Part shown: positions 8,347 to 16,874 of the stretch, piece after piece | Position numbering within the stretch: the first letter of the stretch is position 1 | How the letters are laid out: each line of letters starts with the position of its first letter | From: an uncultured bacterium | Lineage (GTDB): Bacteria; Desulfobacterota_D; UBA1144; Nemesobacterales; UBA2774 | DNA length: 64,000 nucleotides | Reading direction: 5' to 3' | Assembly (NCBI GenBank): GCA_963705505.1 | Contig: CAVPJU010000010.1 | Coordinates: 256,001 to 320,000, forward strand | The notes under the pieces: generated by a model | Database searches by the model: none | Seen by the model: only the letters and a program-made list of their open reading frames with translations | What the model was told of the DNA's origin: nothing | Program-made: the position numbers and the translations under genes

Positions 8347-11031
8347 ATGGATGAAGGCACGGATAAAAAGAAAGGGACAGTCAGCCCCGAAGAAGCAGAA
8401 AACAGGGAATGGATCGAATCCCTCGACTACGTCCTTAAGACGAGCGGCCCTGAACGTGTAAGCAAGCTCATCAAAATCCTTCAGATACACGCCCAGAAAA
8501 AGGGCGTCAGGCTCCATTTCACAGCCAACACGCCCTACATCAACACTATCCCCGCCGAGATGCAGCCCCCGTATCCCGGCGACCAGGCTATAGAGTGGAA
8601 CATACGGAGCCTCATCCGATGGAACGCTATGGCCATGGTCGTGCGGGCGAACAGGCTCGAGGAGGGGATAGGGGGTCACATATCAACTTTTGCTTCCGCG
8701 GCGGCACTTTACGAAGTAGCTTTCAACCATTTTCTCAGGGCTAAAAACGGGAACTTTGAGGGGGATATAGTCTATTTCCAGGGTCACGGCGCCCCCGGTG
8801 TCTATTCGAGGGCGTTTCTCGAAGGGCGGCTCACAATAGAAAACCTGCAAAACTTCAGGCGGGAGCTCCAGCCGGAGGGAGGGCTTCCGTCCTACCCCCA
8901 CCCGTGGCTGATGCCGGGATTCTGGCAATACCCCACCGTTTCCATGGGGCTTAGCCCCATAATGGCAATCTACCAGGCCCGTTTCAGCCGCTATCTGGAA
9001 GACCGGGGATTCAAGGAACCCACCGATTCCAAGGTCTGGGCGTTCCTCGGTGACGGCGAATGTGACGAGCCCGAAGCCCTCGGCGCGATCACGCTCGCAT
9101 CGAGAGAAAAGCTCGACAACCTCATTTTCGTCGTCAACTGCAATCTCCAGCGCCTGGACGGCCCGGTGAGGGGCAACGGCAAGATAATACAGGAGCTCGA
9201 GGCTATATTCAGGGGCGCGGGCTGGAATGTCATTAAAGTCATCTGGGGCAGCAACTGGGACCCCTTGCTCGCAAAGGACAAGGACGGGATACTCGTCAAG
9301 AGGATGGGCGAGGTCGTCGACGGCGAGTTCCAGAAATACACGGTCGAATCCGGCGATTATATACGCAAGCACTTTTTCGGGACGGACCCGAGACTCCTCG
9401 AGATGGTAAAAGACCTCACGGACGAGCAATTGGAGAAACTGAGGCGGGGAGGGCACGACCCGGAGAAGATCTATCCCGCATACAAAGCGGCAGTGGAGAA
9501 TAGAGGCTCTCCTACCGTAATACTCGCCAAGACGGTAAAGGGTTACGGTCTCGGCGAAGCGGGAGAGGGCAGGAACATCACTCACCAGCAGAAGAAGCTC
9601 AACGAGGACGAGCTCAAAGAATTCAGGACGAGGTTCAGCATCCCTATATCCGACGAGGAAGTCGTGCGGGCGCCCTTTTACAAACCGCCCGACGACAGCC
9701 CGGAAATAAAATATCTGCAGGAGCGGAGGCGCGAGCTGGGCGGCTATCTGCCGAAGCGGGAAGTCAACTGCGAGCCGCTCGAACCCCCTTCGGAATCGAT
9801 ATTCGAGGAGTTCTACAAAGGCTCGCGAGGAAGACCCGCGGCGACCACCATGGCGATCGTGCGCATGCTCTCGAAGATGCTTAAAGATGAGAACATCGGG
9901 AAATTCATCGTCCCTATAGTGCCCGACGAAGCCCGCACGTTCGGAATGGAGTCCCTGTTCAGACAGGTGGGCATATACTCCCACGCCGGTCAGCTCTACG
10001 AGCCTGTGGACGCGGAGACGCTGTTATTCTACAAAGAGGCCAAAGACGGACAGATACTCGAAGAGGGGATAACCGAGGCAGGCTCCATGTCCTCCTTCAT
10101 AGCGGCCGGCACGGCGTACGCCACGCACGGGATCAACATGATCCCGTTCTTCATTTTTTACTCGATGTTCGGCTTCCAGAGGATAGGTGACCTCGTCTGG
10201 GCCGCGGGCGATTCGAGGGCAAAGGGTTTCATGGTCGGAGGCACCGCGGGGAGGACGACCCTTGCGGGCGAGGGCCTCCAGCACCAGGACGGCCACAGCC
10301 ACCTCCTCGCATACCCGGTCCCCAATCTCAAGTCATACGACCCGGCATACGCATACGAGATAGCCGTCATCCTTCAGGAAGGCATAAGGCGTATGTATAT
10401 AAACCAGGAGAACATTTTCTACTACCTCACGGTCATGAACGAGCCTTACGAGCAGCCGCCCATGCCCGAGGGCTCAAGAGAGGGGATACTGAGGGGGATG
10501 TATAAATTCAGGGCGTCCGGGCTCAGGGACGCCGAACTCCACGCGCAGCTCTTCGGAAGCGGCACTATTCTGAATGAAGTGCTGAAGGCTCAGGATGTGC
10601 TCGGGGAAAAATACGGAGTCGCGGCGGATGTGTGGAGCGTGACGAGCTACAAGGAGCTCTACAGGGACGGCTGTGAGGATGAGCGGTGGAACATGCTCCA
10701 TCCTTCCGAGATAAGGAGAGTCCCGTATATAACACAGTGCATCAAGGACGCCCCGGGCGTTTTCGTAGCGGCGTCCGATTACGTGATGGCCCTTCCCGAT
10801 TCGATCTCGCAGTGGCTCCCGCGCCCCCTCGTTTCGCTCGGCACCGACGGCTTCGGCAGGAGCGGAAGCCGGAAGGCGCTGAGAGACTTTTTCGAAGTGG
10901 ACTGGAGATACATTACGCTCGCAGTGCTCGCTTCATTGACGTGGGAAAACAAGATCGGTACGGATACCGTCGAGAAAGCCATAAAGGACCTCGACATCAA
11001 TCCGGGAAAAGCCAACCCTCTGATATCTTAG
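8347..11031 (+). CDS. aceE: Pyruvate dehydrogenase E1, homodimeric type
   Basis: GGHISTFAS, FQGHGAPG, GDGECDE TPP motif, NCNLQRLDGPVRGN, GEGLQHQDGHS. Confidence 0.97.
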   Translation: MDEGTDKKKGTVSPEEAENREWIESLDYVLKTSGPERVSKLIKILQIHAQKKGVRLHFTANTPYINTIPAEMQPPYPGDQAIEWNIRSLIRWNAMAMVVRANRLEEGIGGHISTFASAAALYEVAFNHFLRAKNGNFEGDIVYFQGHGAPGVYSRAFLEGRLTIENLQNFRRELQPEGGLPSYPHPWLMPGFWQYPTVSMGLSPIMAIYQARFSRYLEDRGFKEPTDSKVWAFLGDGECDEPEALGAITLASREKLDNLIFVVNCNLQRLDGPVRGNGKIIQELEAIFRGAGWNVIKVIWGSNWDPLLAKDKDGILVKRMGEVVDGEFQKYTVESGDYIRKHFFGTDPRLLEMVKDLTDEQLEKLRRGGHDPEKIYPAYKAAVENRGSPTVILAKTVKGYGLGEAGEGRNITHQQKKLNEDELKEFRTRFSIPISDEEVVRAPFYKPPDDSPEIKYLQERRRELGGYLPKREVNCEPLEPPSESIFEEFYKGSRGRPAATTMAIVRMLSKMLKDENIGKFIVPIVPDEARTFGMESLFRQVGIYSHAGQLYEPVDAETLLFYKEAKDGQILEEGITEAGSMSSFIAAGTAYATHGINMIPFFIFYSMFGFQRIGDLVWAAGDSRAKGFMVGGTAGRTTLAGEGLQHQDGHSHLLAYPVPNLKSYDPAYAYEIAVILQEGIRRMYINQENIFYYLTVMNEPYEQPPMPEGSREGILRGMYKFRASGLRDAELHAQLFGSGTILNEVLKAQDVLGEKYGVAADVWSVTSYKELYRDGCEDERWNMLHPSEIRRVPYITQCIKDAPGVFVAASDYVMALPDSISQWLPRPLVSLGTDGFGRSGSRKALRDFFEVDWRYITLAVLASLTWENKIGTDTVEKAIKDLDINPGKANPLIS

Positions 11032-11111
11032 CCCGGACCGATACAAATGAGCTGAGAATCCGGGCCGTAATATGTTAAAACAATAGGGATAGAAATAAGA
11101 GGCGGGACGAA

Positions 11112-12504
11112 ATGACAATCGAATTCAAGCTGCCGGACCTCGGGGAAGATATAGAAACAGGGGACGTGGTCAGAGTATATGTATCCCCGGGGGATAGGGT
11201 TGCACAAGAGCAGGCTCTGATGGAGCTCGAGACCGATAAGGCGGCGCTCGAAATACCTTCGCCCGCAGCAGGCGTGATCAAAGAAGTCCACGTAAAGGAA
11301 GGGGATACGATAAAGATAGGACAGCTCCTCGTCACCATAGACGACGGCACGGGCGCGGAGCCTGTAAAAGCAAAGGTTAAAGAAGCAGTCCGAGGAAAAA
11401 GAGGGCAGCGCTCAGAAAAAAGAAACGGAACCCGCGGCAAAACCGGAAGAAAAAAAGGCCAGGGGCACCGTCAGGGTAGAGCCCGAAGAGAGGCCGGTTG
11501 TTAAAGCGGCGAAAGAGCAAAAGAAAGAACCCGCAGCAGAAGCAGGTCTGATTCCAGAAGGTGAAAAGGGGCCAGCCCCACTAAAAATCGTACCGGCTTC
11601 GCCGACTGTGAGAAGGCGCGCTCGCGAGCTTGGGATCGATATAACGAAGGTCAAAGGCTCGGGACCCGGAGGACGTATTACGGAAGAGGACCTCAAGGCT
11701 TCCGGGAAGAAGGCAGCGCCGGAAAAAGAGAAGCCGAAGCCGGAACCTGAGCCTATCGAAGAAAAAGCTGCCCCGGCAGGAACCGCCCCTTCCGCCGACA
11801 AGTGGGGCGAGACAGAGCGCGTCGGGATGTCCAGGGTAAGGAGGCTCACCGCGGAGCGCTTGAGCGAGTCCTGGAAAGCCCCTCACGTCACTCAGCACGA
11901 TAAGGCGGATATTACGGAAGTCGATAAGCTGAGGAAGCAGTACGGCAAGGAGGTGGAGAGCCTGGGGGGGAAGCTGACGATGACCTCTATAATATTAAAG
12001 GCCGTTTCATCGGCGCTCAAGTTATTCCCGCAGTTTAACGCAAGTATCGATATGGAAAACGGCGAGATCATATACAGGAAATACTACAACATCGGAATCG
12101 CAGTCGATACCGACAGGGGGCTGCTCGTACCGGTGATAAAGGACGCGGACAAGAAGAATATCGAAGAGCTGTCCGTCGACCTGAGCGTGCTGTCTGAGAA
12201 AGCGAGGACGAAGAAAATATCCGTCGAGGAGCTACAGGGGGGGACGTTCACGATAAGCAATCTCGGCGGGATCGGAGGGACATACTTCACGCCCGTGATA
12301 AATTCCCCGGAGGTCGCGATACTGGGCATATCCCGCGCGTCGGTCGAGGCCGTCTATATAGACGGACAATTCCAGCCGCGGCTAATGCTCCCGCTCTCCC
12401 TTTCATACGACCACCGTCTCATAGACGGAGCTGACGCGGTGAGGTTCCTCAGATGGGTCGTCGAGGCGCTCGAAGAGCCCTTCAAGCTTTCGCTCGAAGG
12501 GTGA
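11112..12504 (+). CDS. aceF: Pyruvate dehydrogenase E2 dihydrolipoamide acetyltransferase, frameshift near 11370-11400
   Basis: Lipoyl domain ETDKA; E3-binding ASPTVRRRARELG; catalytic YDHRLIDGA. Confidence 0.93.
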
Positions 12505-12561
12505 CGCGCGCAATCAAATAAAACGAGCCGGATATCCGGGCTCGCTTAAGAACTTAAGAAC

Positions 12562-13983
12562 ATGGCGGAAGAAAAAACAACACAGGTAGCCGTTATAGGC
12601 GCGGGTCCCGGAGGTTATCCGGCTGCGTTTCTCGCGGCTGATCTCGGACTCGAAGTTACGCTGATAGACCCGGAAAAGAACCCCGGCGGCGTGTGCCTCT
12701 ACAGGGGATGCATACCGTCGAAGGCCCTTCTACACGCGGCTCAAGTTATAACCGAGGCCCGGCATTCTTCGCGAATGGGCATCGAGTTCGAGAAGCCCGG
12801 AATCGATATCGACAGGCTGAGAGAGTGGAAAAACGAAGTGGTGGAGAAACTGGTCGGTGGTCTCGGTCAGCTGACGAAACAGAGGAAAATAACACATATA
12901 CAGGGAAGGGCCAGGTTCCTCGATCGGCAGAGCCTCGAAATAAAAACGAACGGCGGAACTAGAGAGGTATTAAAATTTGAAAACGCCGTGATAGCGACGG
13001 GCTCGCGTCCTGCATTAATCCCCGGCCTCGATACACCTCCCGGTATCCTCGATTCCACCTCCGCGCTCGACCTCCCCGGAATACCGAAAACTATGCTCAT
13101 AGTCGGGGGAGGGTATATAGGGCTTGAGCTGGGGACGGTCTACGCAGCCCTGGGGACGGAGGTATCGGTCGTAGAGATGACTTCGGGCCTGATGCCGGGT
13201 GTGGACAGGGACCTCGTCAGGGTGCTTCAAAAAAGGTCGGAGGGAATATACAAGGCCATCATGCTCGATACCAGGGTCATCGGGTTGAAGGAAATCGGGA
13301 ACGGGACGATAGTCGAGCTCGAGAGGGGAGGGGAGGAAAAGCTGGAGATGGTATTCGACAAGGTGCTCGTCTCAGTGGGCAGGAAGCCCAACAGCGAGGG
13401 CCTCGGCCTCGAGAATACGAATGTCGAAACAGACTCAAAAGGCTTTATAAAAGTGAATGAGGAAAGGCGGACCACGGAGCCGAATATATTCGCTATCGGC
13501 GACGTAGCGGGCGAGCCGATGCTCGCGCACAAGGCCACGCACGAGGGGCGGGTCGTCGCGGAAATACTCGCCGGGAAAAAGTCGGCGTTTATGCCGAACG
13601 CTATTCCCGCAGTGGTGTTTACAGACCCCGAGATAGCATGGTGCGGACTCACGGAAACGGAAGCGAAGGAAAAAAGGATACCGATAACGGTCGCAAGGTT
13701 CCCCTGGGGCGCGTCCGGAAGGGCCGCAACACTCGACAGACAGGACGGCGCGACGAAGCTCATAGCAGACCCTGAAACGGGACGCGTGCTCGGCGTAGGC
13801 ATAGTCGGACCGGGCGCGGGAGAGCTTATCGCGGAAGGGGTGCTCGCGGTCGAAATGGGAGCGCTCGCCTCCGACATTGCGCTCAGCATACATCCGCATC
13901 CTACCCTGTCGGAGACCCTGATGGAGGCCGCGGAAGCATTCGACGGTCAAAGCACGCACATTTACAGACCCGGAAAAAAATAG
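12562..13983 (+). CDS. lpdA: Dihydrolipoyl dehydrogenase (PDH E3, copy 2)
   Basis: GAGPGGY, GGVCLYRGCIPSK, HPHPTLSE; follows aceEF. Confidence 0.96.
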   Translation: MAEEKTTQVAVIGAGPGGYPAAFLAADLGLEVTLIDPEKNPGGVCLYRGCIPSKALLHAAQVITEARHSSRMGIEFEKPGIDIDRLREWKNEVVEKLVGGLGQLTKQRKITHIQGRARFLDRQSLEIKTNGGTREVLKFENAVIATGSRPALIPGLDTPPGILDSTSALDLPGIPKTMLIVGGGYIGLELGTVYAALGTEVSVVEMTSGLMPGVDRDLVRVLQKRSEGIYKAIMLDTRVIGLKEIGNGTIVELERGGEEKLEMVFDKVLVSVGRKPNSEGLGLENTNVETDSKGFIKVNEERRTTEPNIFAIGDVAGEPMLAHKATHEGRVVAEILAGKKSAFMPNAIPAVVFTDPEIAWCGLTETEAKEKRIPITVARFPWGASGRAATLDRQDGATKLIADPETGRVLGVGIVGPGAGELIAEGVLAVEMGALASDIALSIHPHPTLSETLMEAAEAFDGQSTHIYRPGKK

Positions 13984-14008
13984 CGGAGCCAATGGAGATG
14001 AGACGGTA

Positions 14009-15511
14009 ATGAACGCGGAAGCCCAGGAAGATAAAAAGCCCGAGACTGAATTAGCCCGTCTCAGGGTTATCACCGAGAAATCCTATTTAAAAGCCGCGAT
14101 TGATCTGGTCACCGACATCGCCGGGGCAAGCGGGATCGGCGTTAAAGACGCTCAGAACCTCGACAAGGTGCTCGCCGATATATTCGATAATATAGTGAAA
14201 TACGGTTTTGAAGGCGACAGGCATAAACCAATAGACGTCATCGTATCGAGGCGTCTCCATTCCCTCGTCGTCGCTGTGGAAGACAAGGGCCTCCCCTTCG
14301 ATTACGACAAGCTCGAGTGCGGCGAGGAAAAGAGGTTTCAATCCTACATCTCGAAGCACTATGCAGACGAGGTCCATTTTTCAACCCTTGGCGCCGGCGG
14401 GAACAGGACCGAAGTCGTCAAGAATCTCCCCGCATCCGACATCCGCAATGAAATGGACATATCGGAGCACCACGAACACCTAAAAGCCGCTGAGGCTTCT
14501 CCCGATGAAGAGATCGCGATAGGGATGCTCGACACCGGGAAGATCCACGAGCTCGTGCGCCTCGTTTACAAGTGCTACGGCTATACGTATGCGAACGAAT
14601 TCATGTATTACCCGGAGCAGATCGAAGCCAGGCTCAGTTCCGGGACCATGCTTTCGGCCGCGGCTTATAACAGCAGGAATGAAATCATCGGGCACGTAGG
14701 GTTCATATTCAGCAAGCCGGGCGCGAGGGTCGCGGAGTCGGGTGAAGCCATAGTCGACCCGCGCTACAGAGGCAGGGGCATATTCCAGAAAATGAAAAAT
14801 TATCTGATGGACTACGTGGCTTCGATGAAAGTGGTCGGCATTTACGGGGAAGCCGTCACCGTCCACCCGTACAGTCAGAAGGGGAGCATCGAGTTGGGCG
14901 GCAGGGAGACGGGGTTCCTGCTCGGATACAGCCCCGGCACGGTCTCTTTCCATAACATTTCAGAGAACGAAAGACCGAGGCGTCAGTCAGTCGCCATGAT
15001 GTTCACGCCCGTCACGAAAAGCGGATCCGAGACCTCCTACGTGCCTCACGTTTACAGGGAGCTGATCGGGGGTATATACGAGAGAACGGGCTTCATGAGG
15101 AATCTGTCTCCGGAGGATGAGGGACCGGGATTCAGAGGAAGGCAGAACGGCCGGACGACCGTATCGATAAGGCACGACCACAACCAGGCGCTCATTCAGA
15201 TCGACCGGGTCGGCAGGATGACGTTAAAGGAAATACGCTTTCAGTGGAAGCACCTCGCGCTCGAGCGTTTCGATTGTATATACGTCGATCTGCCTCTCAG
15301 GCAAAAGGGGGCGGGCTACGTCGCCTCCGAGCTGCGCAAGTCCGGGTTTTTCTTCGGGTGCGTTATCCCCGAATACAGGGACGGGGACATACTGAGGCTC
15401 CAGTACCTGAACAACGTCGAGATATCGAGGGACGATATAAAGACCGCGTCTGACTTCGGGGAGCGTCTCCTCGGCACTATCTTCGAGGACATGTCCGAGG
15501 TCAGCTCGTAG
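14009..15511 (+). CDS. RsbW-like HATPase domain fused to a GNAT acetyltransferase domain
   Basis: N-terminal NIVKYG...VEDKGLPFD; central AIVDPRYRGRGI acetyl-CoA motif. Confidence 0.75.
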   Translation: MNAEAQEDKKPETELARLRVITEKSYLKAAIDLVTDIAGASGIGVKDAQNLDKVLADIFDNIVKYGFEGDRHKPIDVIVSRRLHSLVVAVEDKGLPFDYDKLECGEEKRFQSYISKHYADEVHFSTLGAGGNRTEVVKNLPASDIRNEMDISEHHEHLKAAEASPDEEIAIGMLDTGKIHELVRLVYKCYGYTYANEFMYYPEQIEARLSSGTMLSAAAYNSRNEIIGHVGFIFSKPGARVAESGEAIVDPRYRGRGIFQKMKNYLMDYVASMKVVGIYGEAVTVHPYSQKGSIELGGRETGFLLGYSPGTVSFHNISENERPRRQSVAMMFTPVTKSGSETSYVPHVYRELIGGIYERTGFMRNLSPEDEGPGFRGRQNGRTTVSIRHDHNQALIQIDRVGRMTLKEIRFQWKHLALERFDCIYVDLPLRQKGAGYVASELRKSGFFFGCVIPEYRDGDILRLQYLNNVEISRDDIKTASDFGERLLGTIFEDMSEVSS

Positions 15512-15541
15512 AATAATCCGGCAGCGGATATGCGGAGTGCT

Positions 15542-16255
15542 TCACGACTTCCCGTAAACGGGTATCGCCGCGCCGCTTACCGCGCGGGCGTCGTCCGAGC
15601 ATAGGAACGCGATGACCTTGCCTACGTCCCGGGGATCCACCCATTTTGTAAAGTCAGCGTCCGGCATGCTCTTTCTGTTGGCCGGTGTGTCCATAGTGCC
15701 GGGGATTATCGCGTTGACGTTGATATTGTGCTCTCGGAGTTCCTCGGCCATCGACTGTGTGAGGTTCAGCACTCCGGCCTTTGAAGCGCCGTACGCCGAA
15801 AGGTTAGGTGAGCCCTTGAGCGCCGGGCGCGAGGCTATGTTTACGATACTGCCGCGGCCCTGCTTCGTCATGTGAGGAACGACACCCTTCGAGCAGAGGA
15901 AAGCGGATCTGAGGTTCATGTTCATCATCCTGTCCCACGTCTCCTCGTCCGTGTCCGCGACAGGGGACTGCGCAAACCCGCCGACTACGTTTACGAGAAT
16001 ATCTATACGGGAGAACTTCTCTATAGTTTTTGTCACCACGTTCGAGACATTGGACGCCTTCGTCACATCCGCCTTGCCGAATGCTATCCTGGACTTATAC
16101 TCTTCACGCAGACTCACGCACCCTTTTAACTCTTCCTCATCGATGTAGGTGCTCAACACACACGCACCTTGTCCGAGGAACACATTTACCACGGCTTTTC
16201 CGAGCCCTCCGGTTCCGCCTGTTATGATCGCGACCTTGTCTTTTAACTGTTTCAT
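15542..16255 (-). CDS. Short-chain dehydrogenase/reductase
   Basis: TGGTGGLG, YGASK. Confidence 0.92.
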   Translation of the reverse strand: MKQLKDKVAIITGGTGGLGKAVVNVFLGQGACVLSTYIDEEELKGCVSLREEYKSRIAFGKADVTKASNVSNVVTKTIEKFSRIDILVNVVGGFAQSPVADTDEETWDRMMNMNLRSAFLCSKGVVPHMTKQGRGSIVNIASRPALKGSPNLSAYGASKAGVLNLTQSMAEELREHNINVNAIIPGTMDTPANRKSMPDADFTKWVDPRDVGKVIAFLCSDDARAVSGAAIPVYGKS

Positions 16256-16395
16256 TCCCGCCCCCTGGTTTTATGCCGATAATTATCCTTCCACAAGCCT
16301 TCCAAATCAATATATGCTTATGAAAGACGGTCTTGACATTCTCACCGGACTGAAAATACAATAGAGTTGCATTACCCCCCGCGCGAGAGAGGTAT

Positions 16396-16734
16396 ATGGA
16401 GTTATTCATTTCGATGAAGGCGGAAACCATCAACAAGGGCATTTATTTTCAGGAGAGCAATATCATGCAAATGCCCACCGCCCAATCCAAGGGTTATTTC
16501 ATAGCCGAATTCAGGGAAGGGAGCGATGAGAAACTCAGGCTTCTGAAAAAATACGTGGATATTCTCAGGAGTAAGCTCGAAGGTGATGATGAATTTCATA
16601 TAGAAGACACCCATATAGGATTCAAGCTCCTGAAAAAGGTCGAAGAGGATAAGGAATACATGGAGGTCTGGGCGGAATGGGTAATATTTTCGCGGAACCT
16701 CCTGAGGGATCTGGAGGAAATAGTCGATATGTAG
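16396..16734 (+). CDS. Hypothetical protein
   Basis: Preceded by TTGACA-18-TACAAT (16333-16362) and GAGG; start could instead be at 16464. Confidence 0.6.
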   Translation: MELFISMKAETINKGIYFQESNIMQMPTAQSKGYFIAEFREGSDEKLRLLKKYVDILRSKLEGDDEFHIEDTHIGFKLLKKVEEDKEYMEVWAEWVIFSRNLLRDLEEIVDM

Positions 16735-16874
16735 GGCCCCGGCTTGCATTTCCCCGCATCTAAGCTAATATTTTTCTTCAACTCGAAGTTGAAAATTATA
16801 TTCTATCCATCTCTATCGATTGAATATTATCCCGAATAGTATAGCTTTTGCCCGTTAAGGAGAAATGGCACCCG

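Noticed and set aside
8683..9984. Long antisense ORFs (433 aa here; also 6190..6954, 50690..51508, 61877..62920)
   Set aside because: Shadows of well-supported genes on the opposite strand, with no recognisable motifs
11360..11410. Programmed frameshift in the aceF linker
   Set aside because: One of many single-base shifts across unrelated genes; sequencing error is the simpler explanation
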